DNA of 64,000 bases from the human T2T-CHM13v2.0 reference genome, Homo sapiens: the NCBI RefSeq assembly GCF_009914755.1, contig NC_060929.1, one strand, 5' to 3'. The translations under genes and the position numbers were made by a program. Under the pieces are notes generated by a model that saw nothing but the letters and a program-made list of their open reading frames with translations, was not told the DNA's origin and made no database searches. Positions 29,522 to 43,510 of the stretch are shown in pieces. Within the stretch, counting starts at the first letter, position 1. Each line of letters opens with the position of its first letter.

Positions 29522-30304
29522 TGAAACGGGAGAGTTCTCTTATCCCCCACGCAGGGTGTGTGACAGGGGTTTGGTCTCTTCTTCATACCCTGATGTTCAT
29601 ACCCCTGGGGGGAGCATGCAGGCAGGTGGTAGGGAGTGTTTTGGGGCTCCCACCCCACGGCAGCATCTTGGGGTGAGTGTTTACAACTCCCGAAGCCCCA
29701 GTGGGCGTGTGTTAGCGTGCTCTTTCAGCTTTGCTGTCTGCAGGTGGCTTCTGTTAATCAGCTCAGTTAGACCCTCTGTCTTATCGAAAGGACAGAGGGC
29801 TTTCTGTATCCGGAGTTCTTGCTCTTGTGTACTGGAAAAATTGGATCACACGTGGGCTTGGAGGATGAGTGCAAGATTGTATTGAGTGGTGAAGGTAGCT
29901 CCCCGTGAGATGGATGGGGGGCCAGAAGGGGGATGGAGTGGGAAGGTGGTCTTCCCCTGGAGTCAGGCTGCCCAGCGGCGGGACTCTCCTCCCATCGCCC
30001 CGGGGCGTTCCCCTGGCCTCCACCTTGTTTAGCCTTCCGTGGCCTGTCGGTATCTGTTGGTGTCTGACAGTGTGTTCTTCTGCGTCTCTTGATGTCCAGC
30101 TGCTTGTGTCTATGCCTGCTAGGGTCTCGGGTTTTTATGGGAACAAGATGGGGGGCGTGGCAGACCAAAAGGCAACTTTTTGGGCAGAAAACAGAAATGC
30201 CTGTCTTCGTTTAGGTCTGTGGGCACAGGCCCCAGGGTGGAGCCCTCCAGGGACCATGCCCCTTTCTTTTCTACCCAACACTTCTCTGATCCCCTGCCTT
30301 ATCA
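29522..30304 (-). mobile_element. ERV1 solo LTR (LTR27/LTR28/LTR1 group)
   Basis: GC-rich 783 bp. Minus strand TGATAAGGCAGG...CCCGTTTCA. 4-bp flanks ctag/atag. Confidence 0.85.
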
Positions 30305-30523
30305 ATAGTGCTTTCAGGGGAGGAGAACAGCCTCCTTTTCAGTCTTCATTTTTTATCTAACAGCTGAAATGGTATCACAACAGTAACATTATTTTATCAT
30401 TCTTTCGTATTGTTCTCCAAACCTACTTCTTGCTTCCAAAAATGTTCAGCAACTGTATAATTCTTGTGAATTTGTCACTGTTTCTCATTGCTGTATTAAT
30501 CTCTTACTCTCTTCCTCGTTCTT

Positions 30524-30846
30524 TTTTTGTTTTGTTTTGTTTTGAGACAGGGCCTTACTCTGTCACTCAGGCTGGATGGAGTGCAGTGGCACGATCATCA
30601 CTGCAACCTTGACCTTCTGGGCTCTGATGACCCTCCCACCTCAGCCACTTGAGCAGCTGGGACCACAGGTATGTGCCACCATGCCCTGCTAATTTTTGTT
30701 TGTTGTTTGTTTTTGTTTTTGTTTTTGTAGAGATGAGGTTTGGCCATTTTGCTCAGACTGGTCTCAAACTCCTGAGCTGAAGTGGTCTGTCTGCGTTGGC
30801 CTTCCCAAAGTGTTGGGATTACTGGCGTGAACCACCACACTCAACC
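30524..30846 (-). mobile_element. AluJ
   Basis: Dimer with J-type right arm. TSD tc(g/a)ttctt at 30516 and 30847. Confidence 0.92.
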
Positions 30847-31062
30847 TCATTCTTAACTCATACATTTAAGTATTAGTTTTATTTTCTAATAAAAGTAATC
30901 AGAGGAAGATAATTTTTCCCTATTTTTTGGACAGGTGCTTTTGTATTTTACCTCAAAACAAATGATTTCACATACTTATCTGTAGCCGAAATGATCTCTC
31001 TTCATAGTTTGATTAAAACTAAAAACTTAAAACCAACTAAAAATTCAAGTGTTCATTCTGGA

Positions 31063-31064
<2 letters not shown>

Positions 31065-31113
<49 letters not shown>
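31065..31113. repeat. Pure T49 homopolymer
   Basis: Directly visible. Confidence 0.97.
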
Positions 31114-31116
<3 letters not shown>

Positions 31117-31258
31117 CAAAGTCAGCTTATGTGATAGCACATTCAAGAGGGCTTTTCCTAATTTAATAAATATCAACCAGTAATAAATAACTAAAACAAC
31201 ACAGTTTAATTAATTATCCATAATTTCTATGTTCCCAACTTTGTTTAAAACCATTTTT

Positions 31259-31461
31259 CTTTGGGAGGCCTAGGTGGTCAGATCACGAGGTCAGGAGATT
31301 GAGACCATATTGGCTAACATGGTGAAACCCTGTCTCTACCAAAAAATACAAAAACAAAATTAGCTGGGTGTGGTGGCGGGTGCCTGTAGTCCCAGGAGCC
31401 ACTGCACTCCAGCCTGGGCAACAGAGTGAGACTCCTTCTCAAAAAAAAAAAAAAAAAAAAA
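31259..31461 (+). mobile_element. AluY/Sc-like, 5'-truncated, with an internal right-arm deletion
   Basis: Starts at 'ctttgggagg'. 'gtagtcccag' runs into 'gagccactgcac'. Poly(A) tail present. Confidence 0.9.
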
Positions 31462-32406
31462 TTTCTTTTGTCAACCCCTAAATAGAAAAGGTAGCTGAAC
31501 AAACGACATAAACTTTAAAAAAAAGAAATGAAATAATACAGGCATTGAATATGCACATATGACAATCATTACAGCATAGTGCTTCCTTCGATTGAATTTT
31601 TTGCTAAGAAAATTACTGAATATAGGAAGTTTCTGGTAAAGACAGAAAGAAACCAGTGACTAAGTTAACAACACTTTGTAATACTTGGCATATCCATATT
31701 TTCATGCAGAATAAAATTGTTTCATAATCTAGCATGCATGGTTTTCCTTACATCTAAGAAATGTTGTCATCACAGCTATTGCTGATGCACAGAAGAAATA
31801 AAAAACATGGAGTAAGTTGACTATATGAATTATAAGAAGTTGAACACTTTGGATAGAATGGTCTTATGAACTACAGTTCCCTGATGCATTTCCTAGTTTA
31901 TTTGCATGGTGGTTGAGCTAAGTGTGTGGGTCACAGTACTCGTTATTTCATACATAGATGATTAAATTAACACCATGCTTGGTTGTTTTAATCTTCAAAT
32001 CACCATATCCCAAATTTTTCTGAAATTCAGGTTTCTTCTATCTAACATTCAAAACACTACTAGAAATATAGTCTTGATATCATAGACACATTGTTCTTTT
32101 GTGCAAATTTGGGCAGTGTGTGGAAACACACCTGGGAAAATTTTTGTTTGGACTGTTATTCTGGGAATAGATAGACATAACTGAAATTAATTTCTTTTGC
32201 ATGGGTCATCCTTCCTATCAATGAGATCGGTATCCTGCCTCTAGAAGCTGTGTCTTATTTTCTTTATTCCCTTATTTTCTGAATAAGTAGATCTGTCGAA
32301 TATTGAAATTCCAAAAATCCTCATATAGAAAAAAGGGGAAGGCGAAATATTTTGAGATGAAAGGCTTTAGATTAGTCTCTGGTGGTTAAATTTAAGAAAT
32401 GAAGAG

Positions 32407-32798
<392 letters not shown>

Positions 32799-33339
32799 TT
32801 AATATAGTTCTTCGTTCCTACTAAAGTCATTATCAGCATGTGCTAGCAGGTATGGAGGCAGATAGTATTTCAAAAGGAAAAGAACAAATATTCATGGGTG
32901 TCTGCTTTGTGCCAGTCAGTTTGCCCAGTAGTCTTCTTGCAACATCATGTGTGATGCTCATGACCTCAACATAATTAAATAGTTAATAATATATGTTAAG
33001 TAAATACTAGATAGAAAATGAAAGAAGACTTATAGTTCAACTGCTGAAAAGATGGATTATTCAGTATTTATTTTGGTAATAGGAGAAACAATGTAGAAAA
33101 AAATAAATTATGCATCAAAATAGATTTTGAATGCAATAACAAGTTAAATGTAATAAATAAAACATTAATAATACAACTTAAAAGAATCATAATTAAATAA
33201 GCCAGCAATTTTTTATTCAGTGCCTACTACATATGCTGCACTAGATTTTATGGTCAATATAAAAGTTATATGCTTTTCAGTTTTTCTGAGTAACATAAAG
33301 TTACTTAGAAACAATTGGTTCTCAAAATGGTTTCCCTAA

Positions 33340-33780
33340 AGAAGGTGGAAGTAGAGTGTATTGAACACCTCTTATACACTGCTTCAAAATGTTTTGGTCC
33401 CACTTCTCATTCCAGTACTGCTTCTATGATCAATTCAGAACAGGTTTTTAATTGCTTCATCCAAACAGAACCTCCTAGCATTTGCATCCAACTCTAGGAT
33501 TTTTTATTAGGTACTCCAAAATGCGCAACTTGGAAATGAGCTTGAATTAATTTGCTGGGGGTCACTCCTGGTCAGTGGAGGATGAGACTCTGTGAATAAA
33601 TAATACCCCCTTTCATCACCAGGTGGACATTTTTGAGGACATATTTTATAAGATTCCTTAAAATATCACTCAGGATGCAGAATCAATAGTACATTAGTGG
33701 TGGCAACCTGGATAACATGTTTGCATTAACTTATTTCCTGTTTTACAACTTTGTCCTGAAATCTGGCTGTCTACAAGTAA
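33340..33780 (+). mobile_element. LTR16-like ERVL LTR relic
   Basis: 'gcaacttggaaatgag...ggtggacatttttgagg...agtggtggcaacctggataac'. Confidence 0.5.
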
Positions 33781-33789
33781 TCACAAGAA

Positions 33790-33960
33790 TCAGAAGGACT
33801 GTGTTTTGAATATAGGCTCCACTCATTCTAGCAAAGTAAATCTCAGACTACCTAATTAATAGATCTAAGCCTCGGTTTCCGTATCTACAAAGGGTTAATG
33901 ATAGAATTTTTGTGAATTTAATGTGATAATGTTTGGTAAATAGTAAGCATAAAATAAAAA
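33790..33960 (+). mobile_element. MIR SINE
   Basis: 'tctaagcctcggtttccgtatctacaaa' core. Confidence 0.6.
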
Positions 33961-36900
33961 AAATGACATTTTTTTCAATTAAGAGGGCAGTATTAGGAAG
34001 AGAAGAATTTTTATACCATGGACATTTAAATATTCAGTAGGGTATGTTTGGATTATACTCAAAATGTTGCTATTAGGGGCATCACATACGTAAAGAAGCT
34101 GTTAAAGACATAATTGTGTATTATCATTCCTCACTATTGGATTTGTTTGCCATATAGATAAAACAAATCCAATGCAAATCCAAAAATCAAATCACCGCTG
34201 ATCAATTTCATTTCTTATCTACTTTATCAGAGAGTAAAATGAAACCAATGAACAGGAACGTTTTCTTCTCTATGTTAGAGTCTGTTCAGCAAATTCATTT
34301 TTTTAAGATTCCTTACCCCGTCGACATCCCTAGCATCCTTAAGGCCAAGTTCAAGACCTAAAAATGGAATGATTGACAATATTTTAGTAGGTGGTAGAGG
34401 AATATGTGACTGATACCCACTAAATTATTTGTTCTGAGCTCTTTCAATTTTACTTGTTTAGGAGAACCATTATCATATCATTTTCTTAAAATAGATTGTT
34501 GGTTACTTGTTAAGTGATCTTTGTTAAAAAAAAAAAAAAGGTAAAGTTTCATTTTTGAGGTAGACAGTATTTTCTAAGGACCTCTGAACTAAACTAAGGC
34601 TTCCAGCTCTGTCATATTTTACATACTTTTTTTCTATTTGCTATAACATTTCTTTTCTCTACTCTCAAGGCTTGATAGCAAAGAGAAATAGCAAAATTCT
34701 ATTTGTCATAGCAAATAAAAATAGTAGTGCTACATTACATAAGATTCAGAAGATATGTCAAAAAAAGCAATTTTGTAGATTTGGTTACCCAAGTTATTCC
34801 GCTATATCCATTCATCTGTCTCATGTATATGATGAATTGCTAATTTTTCTGTAACTCAATTGTATTTTTGCTAACATGTCTTAACTTCCACATTAATCAT
34901 TTCTGCTGTTTTTATTTTTGCTTATTTAGATATGTTTAAAATGACTTATAGTGCTTTTTCGGTGGCGTAGACTATTTAAAAGATTGTTGAATTTACTTAA
35001 CTTCGTAGTTTGTACGTGTGGAACCTGTAACCACAATAATTTTAGACCCAACATTAAGTACAGAACAATAATTTTGTGCCAGCTTCATGCTTGTCTAGTG
35101 ACTTTTCTTTGCATTTTTGCTTTGAAAGCTGAACATTTTTATAATTCTATTGGTAAAGAATAGAATTTTCAATTTTTTCTTTTATCATTGTTTATGAAGT
35201 TTTTGATCAGTTATCTAGATGCATTGAATAAAGTAGACTTATAATCTAAAATTTGATGTACTTTGTATATTCATTATTGAAAAATTGATTACATTTTCTC
35301 TTTCTTTTCTTTATATATCAATTTCTTTTTCTGTAAATTCCTTTTCTATGAATTCAACAAATATTTGGATGCTATAAAATTCCAACCATTATTAAAATAT
35401 TTTCATTTTATACAATTTAACTGAATTCATCAATTCATATAGGATTTAAAGAGTAATGACTTTATTAAGTGTCATGAACAGTATCCAAACTGAGCATCAC
35501 TGTCATGATCCCCACATAGGAATAACTATTTCAATAAAACAAAGGTTTAATTTTGTTTTGTCAGTTCGTTTTCATAAAAAATTTTAACAGGAAATTACAC
35601 ACTTCTGAAATTCACTTTTTTCTTTCTTTCAATAATAATCAGCCCACTGAGACCAAAGTCCATGTGGTCAGACACAAAAGAGCCATCGATTGCTGAACCT
35701 GTTCACTCCTACCTTCAAAGGCACAAAAAGAACACAGGAAGTCAATATAAAGCAGGTAATTTGATGTGATGTTTTGTAAGAGGTTATGTGGAAATTACTA
35801 ATGAGTCTGTATGTGCAGAACTAAAGCTGTTAAAGTTACATCTTAAGAAATTGCTGAACCATAAACTTAATCTTTGTCTTTGCTTCCAAAGGACTTACAT
35901 AAAAGAAATACTCTTTTTTTAGAACCTCACTTGGCCATTTTGCTGTCAAACAATAGCCATTGACAAGCCAGAGGCAGGACATAAGGTGTGAAAATAGAAT
36001 GATAGCTATGAAGGAAAGTACTCCTAAAAATTTATGTAGGTGTTAACTCAGTAGTATCAAAAGTGAGAGGAATGCTAGTCTCCTTTCACACTTTGGTGAT
36101 ACATCCTTTGAACATATGTCCAGCATCAAAGACTCTTCCCTGAAACATCTTTGGATCAAATTGAAGTTAGGTGACATGTTTCAGGCTGAACAGATCTGTT
36201 AAGATGGCATTTTCAGGAACAGGAAGAGCACAGGGAATTGAAGATCTGGGATGTGAATCTCTGTTTTCCTGCTCTCAATACTCAAAGGACACAGATTGTA
36301 CTGAAATACCCTGTGTCATCACTTCCTGGGGAGACTGGCACTTATTTAAGTGATTCTAGACTCTCTACTAACACTCTTGATAGAATTATGTTGGTGAAAT
36401 TAACTGAGAAGTTAGTTCTTCTCATTTTATAACCTCATTTGTCTTTTAAAAACCCATGCCTCTTCTGAAGTGCAAAAGAAAGAAATTTTGTAGCCAAAAC
36501 ACATCCAAAAGTAGATCGAGGACAAATCAAGTAAGAGTACAGAAATGCCTGCTTTTCCCTATTTTACACTCTCCCCTTTTCACACAACTTTTCTTTCCTA
36601 TGTCTCTCTTATAAGGCAAGCAGCTTCCTTGAGATATTGGCAAGAATTCTCCCCAAAACTACTGTGAACTTGAAAAGAAAATGGGATCTGTAGATATTTC
36701 AAAAGTATCACTCACCTCCCTGCCAGACCAAATGTGTCACTTTCCTTCCAATTTGCTTTCCATCCAAGTAGAATGAACAACTATATGCCAGAAAGCTCCA
36801 GGCTGGTTTACCTGAGGTACTTTATTGTAATCAATTCCCTGAAGCCTTTTCAATGTCAAGGGCACAAACTCTTTAATTGCTACCCAGTAAAAAAAAAAAA

Positions 36901-38978
36901 AAAAGAAAAATGTTGTATTTGGTGTTAAGATAAGCAAGAGTACTGAATAAGTCTAAAATGTTTTTTATAGGAATTTGGGAAAGAGATGTATTTGAATGCA
37001 ATTTTAAGTACATGGGTACCATAATGATGCTTATCACAAAACTCTGAAAGAACCACATTGTAATACATTTTGTAAATAAAACAGAAAAAAATTATTCAAT
37101 CATTGGGAAGGAAGTATCTTGATACTGCATTTTCACAGCTGAAACACTGAATTTATAAGGACTTATATACCTCTTGTACAAACAGAAAAACATCCTTTTT
37201 CTCTATCTGTTTTCCAGAACCTATAACATGTAGCCTATAGGCAAGCAGAAGAACTACTCACAGACTGCCTTTTTTTCTCTTCTTTTCTTCCCCTTCCAAG
37301 TATCAGTGATGTGACTCAAATTAAGTTCTAGAAAATTTGCATCTCTGCTTTCTGAATTTGAAACCACCAATTCAAAACACCATGACTCAATTTATTTTTC
37401 TTGTTAGGCTTTGCCCTAATAATTTATTTGTCATTATTTTATAAGACAGGGAGCTAATACTTGTTTTTATTATGTAGTGTAATTTAATAGAACAAACCCC
37501 GTAAGAGCTAAACAAGCACTGTAGAGTACAAAGTAAGGAATTACAGAATTGCCAATAGTTTTATTAGGCTTTCAAAGGCTCAAGAGTCATAGGTTGTAAG
37601 AAAGTAGTAGCAAAAAACCTTACCTTATATCTGACAGTCTATTACACTAGATAATATCTTTTTATACTACTATCAACATTTATATGTCAGGAAGTTACGA
37701 ACATAATTGGATGGGATGGAGTTGGGAGGAGGCCAGCCAAGGAGGGTGCAACAAATGCCTTTAATATAAAAGGGAGCAAAAAGATTTCAGTACAGTGAGA
37801 GAAAACATGTTAATATACAAAAACAAGAAAGATCTGAATAGATAAGAACTCAAATACAGTGGGATATGGAATACAACTTATAATTCATGAATCAGGTAAG
37901 ACGCTCCTATGCTAAGAATATAACAGCAATTCTCATCTGGCCTAGATTCAATGATCTTTCTCGCTAAGGGAGGACAAATTCATATCCATAATAGAAACTT
38001 GTTCCTGTCATATCGTATTGCTTGCATATAGATGCATAGATGTTACAAACAATAACGTTTGAACTTCAGTTATGCAAAATATTATGTCAAAGAACTCACT
38101 TCTATCAGTCTGAGTGCCTTCCAAGGATTGGAGGACACTTAAGTAATTGGAGAAATTTTCTTATGTTTTCCCATATCTAGATGTCCTATCTGCAAAATGC
38201 TTACAGATGATAAGTGAGAAGTGGGAAGAATTCACAATCCTTTTTTCTAGTAAGAAGAACTTTTTATAATAACTTTTAAAAAACATTTTCTGCACAATTT
38301 TCCTGGTGCCATTTTTTTCTATTTTCTTGTTAACTAAAAAGATAATAAAATGAACTTATAAAAATAAAATTGATGGTCAAAACCCCACAACTCAATTATC
38401 CAGTGATCAACAGTTTTGCTGTTTCAAATGATTTTATAAGTAGCTATAATTATATTGAAAAATACATGTATCATATAGAAAAACTTTATCATTACTTCCT
38501 CATTTGCTTTTAATCAACAAATTTTGTCAATAATATTTAATTACTTCTCACTAATTTATGTAGTCATTATTTACTTATCTTTGTTCTACATCAATGCAGA
38601 AAGAACATTCTTGATTTAAAAGGTTGATTAAAAATATAGCCATTGTTTAATGTTTTTCTCTCTCAAAGTTCTTTTAAATTCTTATTTTAATAGACCAGAT
38701 AAATTTATTTATTTGACAATTCACTCTTCCTTAAAGCTGTTACTATAAATGAACATATATTTTTGTTGCTATGGAAAATTTAATTGTAAATGTATTCTCC
38801 TTTGCTAAAAAGAATCTCGATTTTACAAATGGAACTCAGATTAACTCATATTTTATTAACATTTTACAATTTTTCACAAAATTTTACAAGTTGCAATCTT
38901 GCAAAATTCAAATATTACCCACTACAAGCTCTCATTTTGAAGACAAAATAAAGAACAAAATGACAAAAGTTTATCTCA

Positions 38979-39310
38979 AGATCATTTTGGAACTTTAAGG
39001 TTAAGTGACTGCCCTACTGGATTTCAAAATTGCGTGGGGCCTAGAAGCCCCTTTGTTTTGATCAATTTCTCCCAGTTGGAATGGGTGTATTTACCCATTG
39101 CCTGTATCCCTATTGCATCTAGAAAGTAACTAACTTGCTTTTGATTTTACAGGCTCATAGGTGGAAGGGACTTGCCTTGTCTCAGATGAGACTTCGGATT
39201 GGACTTTTGGGTTAATGCTGTAATGAGGTAAGAATTTGGGAGACTATTGGAAGGGCATGATTGTGTTTTGAAATGTGAGGACATGAGATTTGAGAGGGAC
39301 CGGGGCAGAA
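38979..39310 (+). mobile_element. THE1 internal region, 3' end only
   Basis: 'gattttacaggctcataggtggaagggacttgccttgtctcagatgagac...gagatttgagagggaccggggcagaa' (PPT) directly before the LTR. Confidence 0.9.
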
Positions 39311-39658
39311 TAATATGGTTTGGCTGTGTCCCCACTCAAATCTCACCTTGACTTGTAATAATTTTCATGTATCAAGAGCAGGACTAGATGGCGATAATTG
39401 AATCATGGGGGCAGTTTCCTCCATACTGTTCTTGTGATAGTTAGTTCTCACGAGATCTGATGGTTTTATAAGGGGCTTCCCCCTTTGCTTGGAACTCATT
39501 CTCTCTCCTGCCACCCTGTGAAGAGGTGCCATTTGCCATGATTTTAAGTTTCCTGAGGCCTCCCAGCCGTCCAGAACTGAGTCAATTAAACCTCTTTTCT
39601 TTATAAATTACCCAGTCTCAGATATTTCTTCATAGCAGCATGAGAACGGATTAATACA
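39311..39658 (+). mobile_element. THE1C-like 3' LTR
   Basis: 'atatggtttggctgtgtccccac...gataattgaatcatggggg...attaaacctc...taataca'. Confidence 0.9.
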
Positions 39659-39669
39659 GTAAATCCATT

Positions 39670-40590
39670 TCCCAATTCAGCTCTCTTCTCATATCATTGC
39701 ACCATTTTGAGGCAAACTTTTCAACTGTTTATTTGCTTTTACTGCTTCTTCACATTTTATTCTTCTATCTCAATCAATCAGATTTTTGTCTCCACCACTA
39801 CTTAGAAACTGCTTTTGTCAAAGTCAACAGTAACCCTCAACTTTACTGAAGTTATTTCTGAATATATCTTATTTATTCAGTGTTTAACTCAGTGGAACTT
39901 TTTATTTTTTCTGAAGAATAAGCATCTCAACTTAACATAGTCAACAATGACCTCTTAATTTCTTATCAAGTACCTCCTCTCCTCCCAACTGTACCTCCCT
40001 GTATCCCCTCTCTCAATTAATTATGTATCATTCACTTAATTATCCAGGTCAAATACCTAAAAGTTTGGTCCTATCCCTTTTTCTCCTTCTTGATAGTCAA
40101 TTAATCAGCAAATTCTCTTAGCTTTTCCTTCAAAGTACAGCCTGAATATAACTACATCTCATCAACTCTTCTGCTTCTGACTTGGCCCAAGTAAGCAGCT
40201 CCCTCTTGTAAAATGTAACTGTCCTCTTAACCAGGCATCTTGCCTCATTCCTTGCTACACACCTTTCTTTGTATATTCCAAAGAAAATAGTTTTGGCATT
40301 TAAAACTGTGAAACAGATAATATGGTTTCCCTGAGTAAAACTGCAGTAGCTTCACACAATACATGTTTTAAATTGTACAATGTTCTACATAATAATTAAT
40401 TCTAAACTCCTTTCCGTAACTCATGTGGCCCTCTCTAAAAGATGTTTCCTCTATGAACTTTCCTCCTACTCATGTATCACCATCACCCATCACTCTACAG
40501 ACACGCAGTTTCGATTTGGTCATAGAACACCCTGGGCTTTTCCCTGTTTTGTTGACTTTGGGACTCTGTACTTGAACTTTCTTTGTTGGG
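39670..40590 (+). mobile_element. LINE-2 relic
   Basis: 'caatcagatttttgtctccaccactac...gaaactgcttttgtcaaagtcaacagtaacc' and 'gcatctcaacttaacat', typical of L2 ORF2/3' region. Confidence 0.7.
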
Positions 40591-40616
40591 GGTGACAGTT
40601 TGGAAGACGTAAGTAG

Positions 40617-41410
40617 GTGTAGTAGACATTATTTATTATATTATTCAAGCTTCTTCCCTTTCTTATTTCATGTAGTGTTGATGTATCTGTAAATCAAGGT
40701 AATATTTTTCTCCTGGCCAAGAGTAGGCACGTTACTTAAGCTTAGTCAATAAGCTTCTTTCTTGCAGAATTGTGTACTTTGATTCTGTAAGGATGGGCAG
40801 AATTCACACTTTATCAGTGCAAAGGCTGCAGTTCTGAAGTAAATATTTATTAGTTTTTAAGACAATTCCTGGATATAACCGTATTTTCATCCTTTCTGAG
40901 ACTTGATTCTTCAGGAATGTATCTGTTTGCTAGGGCTAGCATAACAAAATACCACAGAATGAATGATTTAACAACAGAAATTTATTTCCTCACAGTTCTG
41001 GAAGCTAGAAGACTGAGTTCATGGTTTGGTTTCTTCTGAAGCCTTTCTCTTTGCCTTGGAGATGATTGTCTTCTTCCCGTGTTTACACATGATCTTCTTT
41101 CTGTGTATGACTGTGTCCTAATTTTCTCTTCTTATAAAGGCACCAATCATATTAGGTTGGGGTCCACCTACATGACCTTTTTTTAACCTTAGTTGCCTCT
41201 TTAAAAGGTCTGTCTCAAATACAGTCACATTATGAGGTACTTGGGGTTAGGACTCCAATATGAATTTTAGGAGGACACAGTGTAGTCCATACCAAGTAAT
41301 CTCTTTGATTTTATGACTGACCCTATAACCTTCCCCTATACATACGTATTTTATTTTGCATATCCTGAGTCAGTCTCTGTTTCTTGCAAAGAACCCACTG
41401 ACTAAAATGG
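40617..41410 (+). mobile_element. LTR33-like LTR split by MLT1A
   Basis: 'gattcttcaggaa | tctctttgattttatgac...agtcagtctctgtttcttgcaaagaacccactgact'. Confidence 0.5.
40918..41294 (-). mobile_element. MLT1A/MLT1A0 solo LTR
   Basis: 'tgtatctgtttgctagggctagcataacaaaataccacag...aatttatttcctcacagttctgga...gaggacacagtgtagtccatacca'. TSD aggaa/agtaa. Confidence 0.88.
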
Positions 41411-41999
41411 ACTACTTATTTTTACTCAGTATATGTGTATCTCAGATACAGGACTCGTTGAACTATTATGCCATTTTATGGCCTGTTTACAGAGAATATA
41501 AAAATACATGGCCATTCAGTTGTGTGAGAGAGACTTTATGAGGCCTGACTGAGCAGGGACACTTTTGCTCTCTTTATTTAGGGCCAACTGATTTCTTTGA
41601 AATTTTGTATTCATAGTTTTCTTGTTTGTTCGTTTTTCATTCTGGTTACAATGAGAATATTTTGCTTGATCAAGGGGAAGAAAAAGCCATTTAAGGAACT
41701 AGCATAAATAGCAGTCAAACTTTATTAAGCTTATACTAACCTAGAATCAGATTATTAAATTTGTACACACGTTTTACAATCAGACTTTATTTTGCTATGG
41801 AAAGTCTAAGTTACCTAATAAAATGCAAAGTGATTTGAGACACTATTTCAATCTTCATTAAAGCATCATCATTTATTTATTTAAGTTTAAAGAATAACAT
41901 ATTATACTTACCCTTCTTCAAAAAGGTGCATCGCATAATCAAATGTCCAGTCTTCTGTACACAAGAATGCTGGTAGTAGGTTTTTAAAAGACACTATAT

Positions 42000-42334
<335 letters not shown>

Positions 42335-42589
42335 TTAAAAAGAGAAAAAAGTATAGTATATAAATTAAGTTTTTTTTATTTTTCTACCTTTGTTCACTAG
42401 TCTTTCAACCTGTATTTATCATTAGACAATATCAATTGATTGTCCCAATGACATCGGAAAACTGGATATGATATCCTATTCTTGCCTCAGAGGTACTCCT
42501 ATTTCTATTTTTACATTTACTGACTTTTTCTGTGTTTACATATATTCAGTAACTAAGCCAAAGACTTGAAATCATACTTATTGATTTTT

Positions 42590-43095
42590 TTTTTAATTTG
42601 GACTTGTTTTATCACCAAGACTCATTTCTCTTGAGTTACCACCTCACTGTCAGTCCATAGGGATTAGGTAGAGATGATTGTATCATTGGGTTCTGAGGCA
42701 TCCCACTGTACTTTATTGTAGTGGTAAGTGATGAACCAAATTAGCTTGTCCAGTTAGACTCAATCTTGGATTTTTTGAGGGGAGTGATTAGCAAGGAGTA
42801 GCCATATTTTCTAGAGATGCCACTGAGCTGGAAAAATATAAACCTGGAGTTGTTACTAGTCACCTTCTGTCATAAGGTAGAAGCCTTTCAAAAATAAAGC
42901 CAACCAGGGTAAACCAGTGACTAACTATAGAGAGATACACATATTCAATGACACTTTGGAACTCCTAGTTCCATTCATTTTTCATGTCAGCAGATATCTT
43001 TGAGCTTTTTAGTTCCCTGAACAAATAAACTTTTCTTTGTTGCTTCAGTTTCAGTGGAGTTCTGTCAATTACGGTGGAAAGAATCCAGAATATTG
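42590..43095 (+). mobile_element. MLT1K/L-like LTR relic
   Basis: 'actgtcagtccatagg...aataaagccaac...aaataaacttttctttgttgctt...agttctgtcaatt'. Confidence 0.5.
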
Positions 43096-43217
43096 TAACT
43101 CAACAAACGAATAAGTATCATTTTAGCATTTTGGGAAGTCATTTTCCAAATGCACTAACACTCATGGTATTCCCTGCTTTCATGGACTCCACTTACTTCC
43201 TTTATGTTATTATTTAG

Positions 43218-43510
<293 letters not shown>

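Noticed and set aside
29505-30360. Overlapping 80-151-aa ORFs
   Set aside because: They lie in a GC-rich solo LTR where stop codons are scarce. No domain motifs.
35643-35755. Plus-strand exon candidate (aatcAG| ... CAG|GTAATT)
   Set aside because: Splice signals are only moderate and expected by chance. No supporting ORF.
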